64,000 nucleotides of DNA from NCBI RefSeq assembly GCF_009914755.1, contig NC_060944.1; one strand, given 5' to 3'. Made by a program: the position numbers and the translations under genes. Source of the stretch: the human T2T-CHM13v2.0 reference genome, Homo sapiens. The notes below the pieces were generated by a model. The model did no database searches and was not told where the DNA came from. It saw only the letters and a program-made list of their open reading frames with translations. This document shows positions 13,901 through 26,435 of this stretch, piece after piece (positions within the stretch are counted from its first letter, which is position 1; every line of letters starts with the position of its first letter).

Positions 13901-16900
13901 GGCTAAACTGGGGAGAATGCCATGCGTCTAGCCCCAGCCCCGCTTCTTCGAAGCCTGCCTTCGGTGTGATTGGTCCCATTTTCCGGTTGTAAGTACTAAG
14001 ACCCAGGAAGGGAAAGCCACTTGCCTAGGGTCTCCCAGTTGCCAAGTGACAGGGCCAGGCCTTGGCTGTAGGCTCTGGACTCCTAGTCCAGCAGAGCCAC
14101 TGAAAAAGGCCACCACTTCCCTGCTCTGGGCCTTTTGCCGGAGCTTCATTTCCTGCCTCGGTGTGTGTCCCCACATCTCTATCTCCCTTCGGATTCCCAC
14201 AACCCTTTCCTTCCCCTCCATGGCCCCCACCCCTTATCTCCGTGGGAAACCCCTCTGGCTTCCCCTTGAGCTCCTGGGGGCCACTTCCTCTGGGGAGCCT
14301 CAGTTTCTTCATGCCTGAAGTAGGATAGTGAGTCATGGTTCCCAGGATGTCCCAAGAGGACAGAAATAAAGTGCTTAGCACACATTAGGGACTCAATCAG
14401 TGGAGGCGGGGGAGGGCCAGGCACCTGCTCAAGTCCTGCCTCCTCTGGCAGCTGATGCCCTGTCCTGTGATTCAGTTTCTGAAGCTGTGAAATGGGCCTA
14501 GGGCTTGTACCTGGTAAGGCTAACAAGAGGATGGTATGAGGCTGTACCTTAGGTCCCCACCTGGTGGCTGGCTCCGTGTCGCTGTTCCTGGGGGAGGGAG
14601 ACCCAGTAGAGGCCTCCCCTGTGTTCAAGGCCTCATTCCCTGCTGTTTGTCCAAAGCCAAGTCACTTAGTCTCTCTAAACCTCAGCCTCTGCACACCTCC
14701 CTTGTGAGGATTAAATCAGCTAATGTATTCCCCGTGGCTCAAATCTACTGGGTGCTTAGAAAATTTTATATTTTTCTTTCCCCATTCTCCTCCCTGTTGG
14801 GGACTCAGATATTATCTAGTTTAGGGAAGCTTCTGGGCTTTCATCCCCCTGGCCTAGAGTGCTGTGTTGAGAAGCATTCTGAGGCTCAGTGTTGGCTTCA
14901 TGGGAAAGAGTGCTGTGATAGATTAGTCATGTCTGCCATGGGCACAGGATAAGAGAGTATTGTATGTGTGCCATGAGTTTGTCATTCTTGATCTATTCTG
15001 ACCTTCTCCTTTCACAGATCGGGGGGATTGAGGCTAGAAAGACCCAGGGCAAATCATCTACGCTGGGAGAAAAATGCAGAGCTCTTGTCTTCGATCCAGG
15101 ACTCTCCCCAGCCAGCCAGCCTCCTCCTTCCCACAGTACAGCCTGGTAAGGCTGAGTCAGGGATAGATGACCGGGGAGGATCTCAGAGCTGGGAGCCAGA
15201 CCTCCATCTCCCTACTCCTTGCTCTGGGTCCTTGGGCAAGTGACTTTCCCCCAACTTTGGTCCATTTGGTCCTTCTTCTCCCTTAGAACTACCCAGAGAA
15301 GTTCCAGAGTAAAAGGAGAAGCCAGAAGGGAGGAGAAGTTGAATGATCTTGGCCAAATCCCTTCCTGTCTGGTCCTCAGTTTCCTCATCTGTATGGTGAG
15401 GACTCCTCCCACTGAGGCTCTGTGATGGTGATCCTAGCTGGGGAGTGCTCCAGGGGCAGGCCCAGCGGAGTCTTTTTTGGTGCTCATGTAGGGGTGGGGA
15501 TGTCTGTGGTGGGTGGGTGGTGATATTTGTGGACCCACTGAGAAACTTTAGGAACGGGTTCTTTTGAACCCTTGGACCTGCTGGGCTATGAGGCTGGCAC
15601 AGGCAGAATCCAGTTGCTGGGAGTGGAAATTGAGCTGGAGTGGCCTGGGGAAGCATGGCCTCCCTGTTGGGGTCTGATTAGCTTCTCTTAGGCTGCTTTG
15701 CCCAAATTCATGGCCTTGACTTTTACCTTGTCTGATGTCGATATCTTCATGTCATGCCCTTCTGAGCTGGGTCATAATAAGGTGACCCATTGTGTCCCTT
15801 GCTCCATCCTGGGAGCAGTCAAACTCTTATTCCTGTTACACAGAAGAGGAGACTGAAGCTCAGAGAGGCTAAGAGCTGGGGCCACAGGAGTGCAGCAAAG
15901 TGAGGTGTGAGCCCAGACTTCTGGCTGCTGAGTAATTTGTGGGGATCTGATTCTTATTAAGTGTGTACCCAACGTGGCTAAAACTTTTCCCAGGTATAGG
16001 AGGGGTGCGGTGCTGGGGGCAGGTGACCCTGACTCTCTGGGTTCCAGCTCTGGCTGATGGATTCCCCAGTCGGACGTGGAGTACTGGGATCTTGGGTGCT
16101 CACGGATGCTTATGCCATAAAGGGTAATGGAAGTAGCAAAGCCTTTGAAGCCAGTTGGTTCTGGGTTCAAATCGTGGCTTGGCCACTTGTTTGCTGTGTA
16201 TGATTGTACAGCTTAGAACCTCAGTTTCCCCATCTGTGAAATGGGGATGACGAGGCTGGCACCAGCTTTGACAAGATGGCATGAAGATCCGATGAGCCAA
16301 TGTGTGCCAAGTGCTTGGGCGCAGGGCCTGCACTCAGGAAGTGCATGATATTTATGAGTGCCTGTTAGAAAGGTGATTCCCTGATGAGGCAGGAATCCTG
16401 GGCCTCTGCAGGCCAACTGATCCGGAAATCACCAGGGCAGTGACCAGCCACCTTTGTCTGTGGTTGGCTTGTTCTGTGGGGAAGGGAGTGGGGGGAAGAT
16501 TAACTAGAAACAGACAAGCTTGGTGACTGGATTGATTGGAAGCCACCAGCTCCATCCAGCCTCCCTGAGCCTGGCTTCTGCCTTAGCCCTTGCCTGCCTG
16601 TGACCTAGCATAGCCTCCCAGTGCCCCGATGCCTCACCCTGGCCTCCCTCCTCCGCCTCACTGAATGGGCCCCTCTCTTCAAAGGTGGATTCTATTTGAG
16701 CATCCTTGCCCGTTTGACCTGAGAGGTGAGAGCTGTTCCTGCTCTTGTTTTTTGGGAGGCAGCTGAAGCTCAGAGAGAGGCGGGGATGGGCTCGGGCTGC
16801 ACAGCAAGGGCCCCTAGAGGTGCCCTGCCCCGATCATCTCCCATATTTTCGAGCCGTAGCTATCTTCCTGCCTGACCGGGGTTATCGGGCCGTACACCTT

Positions 16901-19900
16901 TGCCCCTGCAGCTCCCACTGCCTGGTGTGCCCTCCCTCTCAGTGCCCCTCCAGTGGCTGAGATGCTTCTGGCTTCAGAAGGCCTTTGTGAACACCCTGCC
17001 GGTCCCACTGAGTCCATGAGTCCGTACTGACCCCACATCCACCATTGAACTTCACCTTGTCCCTTCTTTGCCCTTCCTCATGGCTCTGACACATTCTGCC
17101 TTAGATGACAAGTCATAGGATTCTTTTTGCCTCTAAGGGAATATGGTAATCACCATATTCCCAAGGGCACAGCCCTTTACAGTTTACAAAGAACTTTCCG
17201 CAGTTACCTCTGTGCATCCCCAGCACCAGCGGGGCTGAGACAGACAGAACCACCGTAATAAACTTTGTGTGGCAGATGAGGAAACTGTGACCTCAAATCA
17301 GGGTCATGCCAGGTGCTCTCTCTGCTTGGGCAAATGGAACTGGACTCTTTCCCCACTGAGCCCGTCTCCTCAGTCTGGGACCCCTCTCCCAGAGCTCTGT
17401 GAATAGCATGACTTATTGTCAAAAGGAGGATTTGGAGGTTCAGAGAGGTAAAGTGACTTGCCTGAGGTCACGCAGCCCTGAAGGGACTTGGAGGGTTCCT
17501 TCTAAAAATCAGAGAAGAGGCAGATTGGGCCAGTTTTCCTCCCACTTCTGAAGGGAGGACCAGACACGCCCGGGACCCTGAAGGAGCAATGAGCCACCGT
17601 GAGCCCTTGCGGTCCCTTCAGCCAGCGTTCATTCCTCCAGCACGGAGTTGAGCCCTTCTGCAGTGCCAGGCAAATGGTTGTCTCATGCTCACAGCAGCCT
17701 CGCGGGGTAGTGGTCCCGGCCCCATTTCACCAAAGAGGAAGCTCAGGAGCCAGGGGACTTGCCCAAGGTCATCCAGTGCATGGATTTGAACCCAGGGCTT
17801 CCTGGGCATGCCAGGCCTGCCCCGCCTCATCTGGGCTGAGCCCTTCTCTACTTCCACAGACCCTTGATCAGCCCTCCAGCCCTCCCCACAGTTCCTCACT
17901 GGGCAGCGTGAAGACAGGGAGACTTCTCCTCTACCCCCAACTGCTGTCACCCACTAGCTGTGTGGCTTTGGTGAGTCAGTTTAACCTCTCTGTGCCTCAG
18001 TTTCCCCATCTGAAAAATGAGCCTAGTGGTAGAACCCACTCCATGGGCTTGTTGCAAGGATGAAGTCTTGTGTCCAACGCCCTCAGCAATGCCAGCACAC
18101 AGTAAGTGCTCGGTGCGTGTTATTTTATTGCAATTTGTATTAACCTGGGGAAGAAGGGAAAGACCACCCCGTTATCCAGATGGGAAAATGGAGAGAAAGG
18201 AAATAGCATCCGCCAGGTCACAATGTGATGTCACAGCCAGAAGTCTCCTGGGGCGCATTCTGCTTTCCAGATGGGGAAACTGAGGCCTAGAACCTGAGAA
18301 GGGACTCAATCAAGGTCCTAATTTCTTGCCTTTAGTTTGGGTTGAAGCCTCCTTGTCCACCTGCTTGCCCTGGGACTATGGGTCAGTTGCTTCCCCTCGC
18401 TGAGGCTCAGTTTCTTTATCTGGGAAATGAGGGTAACAAGTGTGCACCCGGTGGGGCTGGGGTGGGGACTGGGTACGGTCATCTCCATAAAGCATTTAGT
18501 TCAAGGCCTGGCCTGGAGGCAGCACTCAACAGCTGCAGGGACGGACTTCCAGGACTCAATTTTCTCATCTGTGCCATGCTCTGTGCATGTCGTTGGGGAG
18601 ACAGTTCCATCTTATCCCGCCAGTGTGTCTCCTCAGTCTCTTAGAAGCCACCCTAGGCAGGGGCAGGGGCAGGGGCCGGGGAGGTGAGGTCTGGCTTCTT
18701 ATTCTGCCTGGGAGGCCAGGGCTGTGCCTTGTGGACTTTGTCCCTGAGTTGTGCCAAGTCCTCAAGGCTGGGCCTGGTTGGGAGACTGCACCAATCCCCA
18801 CCAGGCCTTCTGGGTGCCCTGTGGTTGCCAGCACCCAGATCCTGCCACATCACTGCGTCTGCCTGCCTTTGCTGCCGCGTGCCCCGGGTGGTGGCTTCTC
18901 TTTCTGAGCCTTGGTTTTCCCACCTATGAGAAGGGGTAAGGAGTCTTCCTCACCGGGCTGTTGGGAAGGCTTGATGTGCTCATTCTCCCCATGCCAGGCT
19001 TATAGAAAGTGTCACTGTTAATGGGTACGGCTGTGAGGACGGGTAGGATCCTGACTGGCAGGAGGGGCGAGCAGCATCCTGGGTAGAGGATACACGTGAG
19101 CACAGGCTTGGAGGTGGCACAGTTTGGGGAGCACCCTGTAGCCAGGTGGGTGAAGTGGGAGAGGACCCCATAATGTGGGGATTTGGACTGGCGCTGGGTG
19201 AAGTGGGCAGGATCTCAGCGCCAACTGTGGTGATTTTGGGTGATGCTGACTCCCCTGCCCTCTAAACTTTAGATTTGTGTTTGAAGCCTCGGGAGCAGCC
19301 TCCTGCCCTCCCCACCCCCACCCCGCCAGGTGTTCCCGAAGGCCCCGGAACCAGATGAGACATAGTTCTATTTGGGGACAATACTGCTGTTCCCGTTTCT
19401 CTCCTGTGCCCTAGTTTTAGAAACGGAGTGGGTTTGGTTACCAGTTGGCCATTTGCAGCGAGCTCCCCCCTCCGCCCACTCCACCCATACCTTAGAGCTG
19501 TGGGCATCGCGGGCAAAATAGGACTCAGTGCTGCCACTGGGAGTGGCTCCTGGGCTCTGCCCCTGGGTTCTCTGGGTAGGGAGTTGGCAGCTGGACTCTC
19601 TGTTATCCACCGGTGATATCTGGGCCTTGTGATGGGTGCTGGGAACCCTGAGGATGTACTTGGGACATAGCTTATATTCTGGGGGAGCCAGAGAGACTCC
19701 AGTCATTTCCCTATGGCACGATGGGGTAGGGGCCATATGAACTATGGCAACCCAGCACAATGCCAGGAGAGCTTCCCGGAGGAGGTGATACCTGGCCTGG
19801 ATCTTAAAGGATGAGCAGGAGCTCATGAGAAAAAAAAGAAGGGTGAGGGTGGGCCGGGAAGAAGGGACCGTGTGCAAAAATGTCTGGGGGTAGGAAGTAG

Positions 19901-21480
19901 CCAGGCGGTGTGGATAGCCATGGAGGTGGGGAGCAGCAGGCCAGGTACAAGGGGGTTAGAAGGTGGCTTGGCTGATCAGGCAGAGCCTCAAACCCTCACA
20001 GGGCACTCAGGCTTGGGCCTGGGGGTGATGAGAGCAGAGCAGGTTGAGGCCAGACTCTTGCTGCAGGTGTGGAGGACAGAGAAGGATCAGACCGGCCTCA
20101 GAGGCTCAATTACTTTTGCCAAGTAAAGGCAGCCCACAGGGTTCAAGACAGGGATCTAAAACCTCTCCCTGGGGCAAAAGGTAGGGGCTGACCTGGGGCC
20201 TTGGAGGGAGTGGGTCAGGGAAGACTTCCTGGGGGAGGAGGTACCCTGACTTACCGGAAGGATGGGAGGGACCTCTGAGGGGAGATAGAGCTTGACAAAG
20301 GGCCTGAAGGTGCCCTGTGAGCAGCTCCTCTTGGAGGTCTGAGGAGCCATGGAGTCTTGACTTGGGTCAGTTGGCTGGTGCCAATGGGTAGAGGGCCTGG
20401 GGGCCTGCTCCTCGGGCAGTGAGGAAGGGCTACTGGATGAGAGTAATGTATCCCACATTCTGGGTAGTGTCTGGGTCAGGGTCAGTGTGGCTTCAGTGAG
20501 GTGGCCCTGGTGGCCGCACTGAGAACAGATGGGCCTGGAGAGAAGCAGGCACTGGCAGGGGAAATGGCCAGGTCTGGGATGGACAGGGGAGTGGTGGGGG
20601 GCAGGGTGGGGAGCTTCTGCCCCTGGGTCCTTCTGCCTGTCCATCCTTTCCTCGAAGACGCCTGCCTGGCAGGAAGTGGTGGAGACGTGTTGCAGCCCAA
20701 CTGGCAGATTCCCAAGGCGCCTGGGGCATTGGGCAAGGGCTCTGGGGTTAGGGCCCGGCCTCCCTTCCTTTTTGGGTAAACCTCACCAGGGCAAAGCTCC
20801 CCGACGTGGGTGAAGGGCTAGGCCTGATTGCCTCCATAAAGACCCCCTCTGCCCTCTTGAACCTGGAGGGTCTGGACTCTAGACAGGGGGAGTTGAGAGC
20901 CGTGGCTGTTGGCACTGGTGCCAGATGGGCCTGGATTAGAATCCAGGCTTTGTTACCTGCTGGCTGGCAGACCTTGGCCTTTGAGAGCCTCAGTTTCCCC
21001 ATCCGCAAAAATGGGGGTCACACTAGAGCTTCCCTCCTACGGCTCCTGAGAGAGTGAAATGATATTGTGAAGAGCTGTGCCAGCACTCTGCCCGCCTCGT
21101 GGGTCTGTGTCTAGAGCTGTTGCCCCAGCCGGCTCGGGGACTGAGACTTGCTGGGCTGTGGGGGGCGGCTTCCGGTCTACCCTGGGCTCTCAGCACAGAG
21201 GACAAAGCCCCTTTGTGGAGGGCGGATGGAGCTTGAGAGCCCCTGTCCTTGGGGAGCAGGGGACTGCTTGCCCCTTCTCTTCACTCAGTTCCCCTGGGGA
21301 GAAGGAGCTTCCTCAGACACAGAGGGTGGGAAACGAAAGTCGGGCTGTGCAGGAGGACAGGCTGGGCTGGCTACAGCTGCCCTGGCCAACATCTGGCTGT
21401 GAGCTCGGATGGGCCCTTCTCTTCTCTGGGCCACCTTCTCAGGCAAGTCCCAGGCCTACTGTGGGTGCCCTGCTTGCTCT

Positions 21481-21508
21481 TCCATCCATCCATCCATCCA
21501 TCCATCCA
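21481..21508. repeat. (TCCA)7 microsatellite
   Basis: tccatccatccatccatccatccatcca. Confidence 0.95.
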
Positions 21509-24265
21509 TGATCAGGTACTCACTCCATGCTAGGCTGTGTGCCTTTGGCCAGTGTCTGTTCTGACCCACTGGTACCCAAGCATCCCAGCTGTTCATTGTT
21601 TTGAATATTACACCTGCTGCAGAGTATTAAATTATAGGGAAGACAGAAGTGGCCCCCGTCCCCGTGAGACAGGTTCTCACACAGTGAGTTATGTCATCAG
21701 AGCTGTGGTCGGTCCATGCTAGGAAGCAGAAGTTGAAGATCCTCACTTGGACTGGGGTTTGAGGGAGGCTTTCTGTGAGGAAGTGGCTTTGGAGCTGAGA
21801 CTTGGAGAGCAGAGTTGGCTGGGTGTATCAAGAAACAGGTGGTCGAGCAAGGCCTGTCTGAGCAGATGGCTGAGTCCTGAAGACCTGAAGGAGGCAAGGG
21901 AGTGAGGGTGTAGGTGAGGGTGGAGTGTGCTGCCAGTGCAGGAACAGCAGGTGCAAAGGCCCTGAGGCAGGAGTGTGCTGGCTTTTCAGGGAAGGGGCAG
22001 GCGGCTGGTGTGGATGGAGTAGAGCGAGGGGAGGGATGGGGTTGGTGGAGGCCACTGAGGGCCTTGGAGGCCCCTGTGACGACTTTGGCCTTTGTGTCAG
22101 GAGTGTGGGTTCTGTGGGTGGTATTAAGCAGGAACGAAGGGTTCAAACTGACATTTCAGAAGGGTTCCCTGCTCTGTATTAGCCAGCCTGAGAGGAGGAG
22201 GCTGGGCACAGTAACGGTCCCTACCCCACAGTGCTGGCAGGAGGAGCCGATGAGACTGAGTGTGAAGTGCCGAACTGATGTCCTGCATACGCCATGTGTT
22301 CAGTAGTTAGTAAGGATTTTGATCGCTGTTGTTTTTGTGGGGAGTAAGGGCATGTGTGTGGGCCCGGGCTCTGGCCGTGGTCACCCCAGAGCTGGGCTTT
22401 GGGAAGGGGCTGGAGGGCTGAGTGGCCCCTTTCAGGTAACTCAGCACCTTGGGATTCACAGTCCTGGAATCCATACCCAACACCACTTTCCACACAGGGA
22501 AACTGAGTCCAGAAGGGCTCGTGGATTCACTCAAGTCTCCCCAGCACCTTGGGACAGATCAGGGTTTCCGTACCGGGTGGTCTCTGCACAGCCCAGGGCT
22601 CACCTCTCCTTGCCCTCTTCAGGCGCCACCCACTTCCAGGCAGTACGCTTCCTTGGAGGGCTTCCAGGCCCTGCACAGGTCCCATTGGGAAGGGATCCAG
22701 TCCCCTACAGTGCAGGCCAGGGATTGGGGTCTGATAGAGGCCCCTTTTCTGCCTGGGAGGAAGCAGAAGAGCGGTCAGGGCTGGGACAGTTGTGCTCTCC
22801 AGGGCGTGAGTTTGGTAGGAGCTCCGTGGCCCCCCTGCTGGGCTTCTGCCCTTTCTGGGCTGCAGGCCCCGTCCCCAGTGCACCCCTCCATGTCTGCCGG
22901 TGTCCGCCCCGGCCTGCCGTCTCCACCCCAGCCCCACTGGCAGAGCCGGTTTGAGTCTACTGTCCCTGAGCATGTTCGCGCCGCGGACACGGGACCAGGC
23001 ATGTCCTGGCTGCCCTGGCACGCGCACGGCCCCTTGCTCACTCTTCACTCACTCTTTGCTCACTCAGCAAACATCCTCTGGGACCTCAGTTCCTGGCCTG
23101 GGCCATGCTGGGTGGGGATCAGGGCCTGGAGTTGTCTCAGACTTGCTTCTGCCCTGTGTAAGCCAGGGTGGGCAGAAGCTCTGCCGCAGAGATGGACCAG
23201 GCAGGTGGCAGGAGGGCACAGTGGTGGGGCATAGGCTGTGGGACTGGACAGATCTGGGGCCGAGGGCTGCCACCTCTTATTCCTGTGGGGCCCTAGGTGG
23301 GGCCCATCCGTCGGTCTATCCATCCCACAAATATTTTCTGTGCTCAACAATGTTCTAGAGCTGCAGATAGCAAGGAACCAACCAAAGATCCCTGCTTTTG
23401 CAAAGCTCACATTCTAGAGGGGGAGACAGAAGAACACAACAAATAAGGAAACTGCACACACAGCCCGTAAGAAGGCGGTAAGGGCCACGAATCCATAATG
23501 CAGGGAAGCGGGTGGGCCTGCTGGTGGGCTCGTGGAGGATGGGTCGCAATTAGATGGTGGCCAGGGAAGGCTTCACACCTCAAAGAAGCTCACAACAAAG
23601 GAGGGGAGGGAGGAGCCATGCAGCTCCCTGGGGAGGGAACAGCCAGTGGGGAGACCCCGAGGCAGGGGAGAGCCTGGAGTGCTGGTGGAACTGGAGGGGG
23701 CCAGGGGAACAGAGTGAGAAAGGGGAAGAACAGGGGAAGAATGGAGAGAGGAGGGCGGATCAGGGAGGGCACCTGAGCCATCTAAAACGCAGGCTTTGGA
23801 CTTGGAGCGAGATGGGGTCACACGAGGGTCCTGGGTGCACCTGGCTGCTGTGTGAAGAGCAGACTGGGGGCTGAGGGTGGAGGTGGGTGGACCAGTGAGG
23901 TGGCTGCTGCCTTAGTCTAGGGGGTGGCGGTTCGCTCAGTCTGGGCGTAGTTATTGGGAGGGTCAAAGGGCCAAGCATTTTTTTTTTCTTTGCATCATTT
24001 AAGTTAATCTTGCTTTTCCCACTCTATTCTGGAGGCATGTTCATAGAATGAACCCCATGAACCCATCGCTGAGCCAAGCACCACTACCCATGGCCAGTCC
24101 TGCCTCCTCCACACCTGTTCTATCCCATCCTATCTTGTGTCATTTTAGAGCAAATGACAGGCATCTTATTTCACGTGTGAAATATTTCAGTGTGTATCTC
24201 TAAAAGACAAGGACTCTTGTGTTTAAAAAGTAGCCATAAAACTAAAGTCCATGTAAAAAATGTGA

Positions 24266-24602
<337 letters not shown>

Positions 24603-25861
24603 TAATGGCCTAACTTCTTAATATCAGCAAAAATCCCCTCCTCTCCCAGATATATTTTGATGGTGCAACTGATGTCTCTGGACTTCCCCCTCCTTGCCAT
24701 AAAGCGAGGTTCATAATAGCCCCCGCTGTCATGCTATTGTGAGATCATTCAAGTAGGATGCCTAGCATAGGCCCGGCACATAGTAGGTGCTCAACAAAGA
24801 ATAGCTGCTCCTACTCTTTTGACTGATAGCAAACACTTAGGGCACACTTGCTAGGGTCTGGGTCCAGTCCTGTGTGCTTCACAGATATAAACTTATTTAA
24901 TCCTCACAACAGTCCTTTGAGGTAGATGATGTGTATCACTATTTGACAGGAGAGGCAGTGGAGGCACAGAGAGGTGGAGTAACTTTCCCAAGGTCACACA
25001 GCAAGGAAGGGCCAGAGCTAGGTTTTGAATCCTGGTAGTCTAGCTCTTAATCCCTATGTGGTGGAGGCTACATTAGCCCAGAAAAGGGTGGCGGTCCCTC
25101 TCTCAGCTTGTGGGGGGGCAGGCAAGGTCAGGTACTGCCTGTGGTCAGGCCGAAAGGGTACACTGTAGTTCATGGTGGGGCAGTGAAAGGGGAGGTGGGT
25201 GGTGGAGCTTAGGGGGGGAAGAATATGTGCAAAGGCTTGGAAGCTAGAGGGTAGTTACGAGTTTAAGGGAGGGTCAAGGGATGGGAGCTTGCGGCAGGCC
25301 CCCTCCATCCAAGTTTGGCCTTGGTCCTGTGATCACCAGGCTGGAGTGTCGATCGTTTTTATCATCTTACGATCACCCGTCCCCAGCCTGTCTCGGATGC
25401 CCTCTCCTCCCTCTGATACCTGCCAGAGACCCATTTCATGGATGAGTAAAGGCAGGCTGACCTTCCTGTGACCACACAGCCAGGGGCAGGCCACCTGCAG
25501 GCTTGAACGGGGCCAGGGGGTGGGTTTGGGGCTCAGGCTGGGCCGTGTGGAGGGCCCTGGCCACTAGGCGCTCCTGCCCACCAGTGTCCCTGGAGGGAGA
25601 TACTGCATGGGTGTGGGCGGGGAGGAGGGGGCACTGTGTGTTCCCAAAGCAGCTGGCAGGGAACAGTGGGTGCCATGGGCAGGGGCCGGCTGGCGGCCAT
25701 CTCCACAAGGCACATCAGCCATCACCCATCAGGGGTGGGGCAGCTGGGGGCTCTCGGAAAGATGACCTACGGCTGGGAGAGAGCAAAACTTGCCACCTCA
25801 GTGTTCTCTGTGATCCTCTCCTGACACTGAGCAGGGGCAGGGCAGGAGTGCTGCTGAGGGC

Positions 25862-26105
25862 CTCTGTGTGCAGGTAGAGATGCCGGGGTCTCTGTGTGCA
25901 GGTAGAGATGTAGAGATGCCGGGGTCTCTGTGTGCAGGTAGAGATGTAGAGATGCCGGGGTCTCTGTGTGCAGGTAGAGATGCCGGGGTCTCTGTGTGCA
26001 GGTAGAGATGCCGGGGTCTCTGTGTGCAGGTAGAGATGTAGAGATGCTGGGGTCTCTGTGTGCAGGTAGAGATGCTGGGGTCTCTGTGTGCAGGCAGAGA
26101 TGCTG
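25862..26105. repeat. Minisatellite/VNTR, 28/36-bp units, 7 full + 1 partial
   Basis: Unit ctctgtgtgcaggtagagatg[tagagatg]c(c/t)ggggt; unit lengths 28,36,36,28,28,36,28,24. Confidence 0.97.
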
Positions 26106-26123
26106 AAGCCCAGGTTAGCTCTT

Positions 26124-26435
26124 ATTTATGTCTTTATTTATTTTTTTGAGACAAGGTCTCACTCTGTTGCCCAGGCTGGAGTGCAGTGGTGTAATCATAG
26201 CTCACTGCAGCCTCAAACTCCTGGGTGCAAGCAATCCTCCCACCTCGGCTTCCTGAGTAGCTGGAACTCTTGGGCACCACCATGACCGGTTACATTTTTT
26301 TTCTATTTTTTTTTTGTAGCGATGGGGGTCTCACTTTGTTGCCCAGGCTGGTCTCAAACTCTTGGCCTCAAGCGATCCTCCCATCTTGGCCTCCTGAGTC
26401 ACTGGGATTACAGGTGCAAGCCACTGCTCCTGGCC
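26124..26435 (-). mobile_element. Alu (AluJ-like)
   Basis: Reverse-complement Alu dimer directly after the VNTR. Confidence 0.92.

Noticed and set aside
22319-23358. Cluster of 150-260 aa ORFs in intron 1 (similar clusters at 56051 and 59203)
   Set aside because: No recognisable domain or convincing splice boundaries; overlap MIR/L2 relics; typical of GC-rich introns.
25862-26105. CRISPR-like appearance of the 28/36-bp repeat
   Set aside because: Units are contiguous with no unique spacers, no cas genes, human context; it is a minisatellite.
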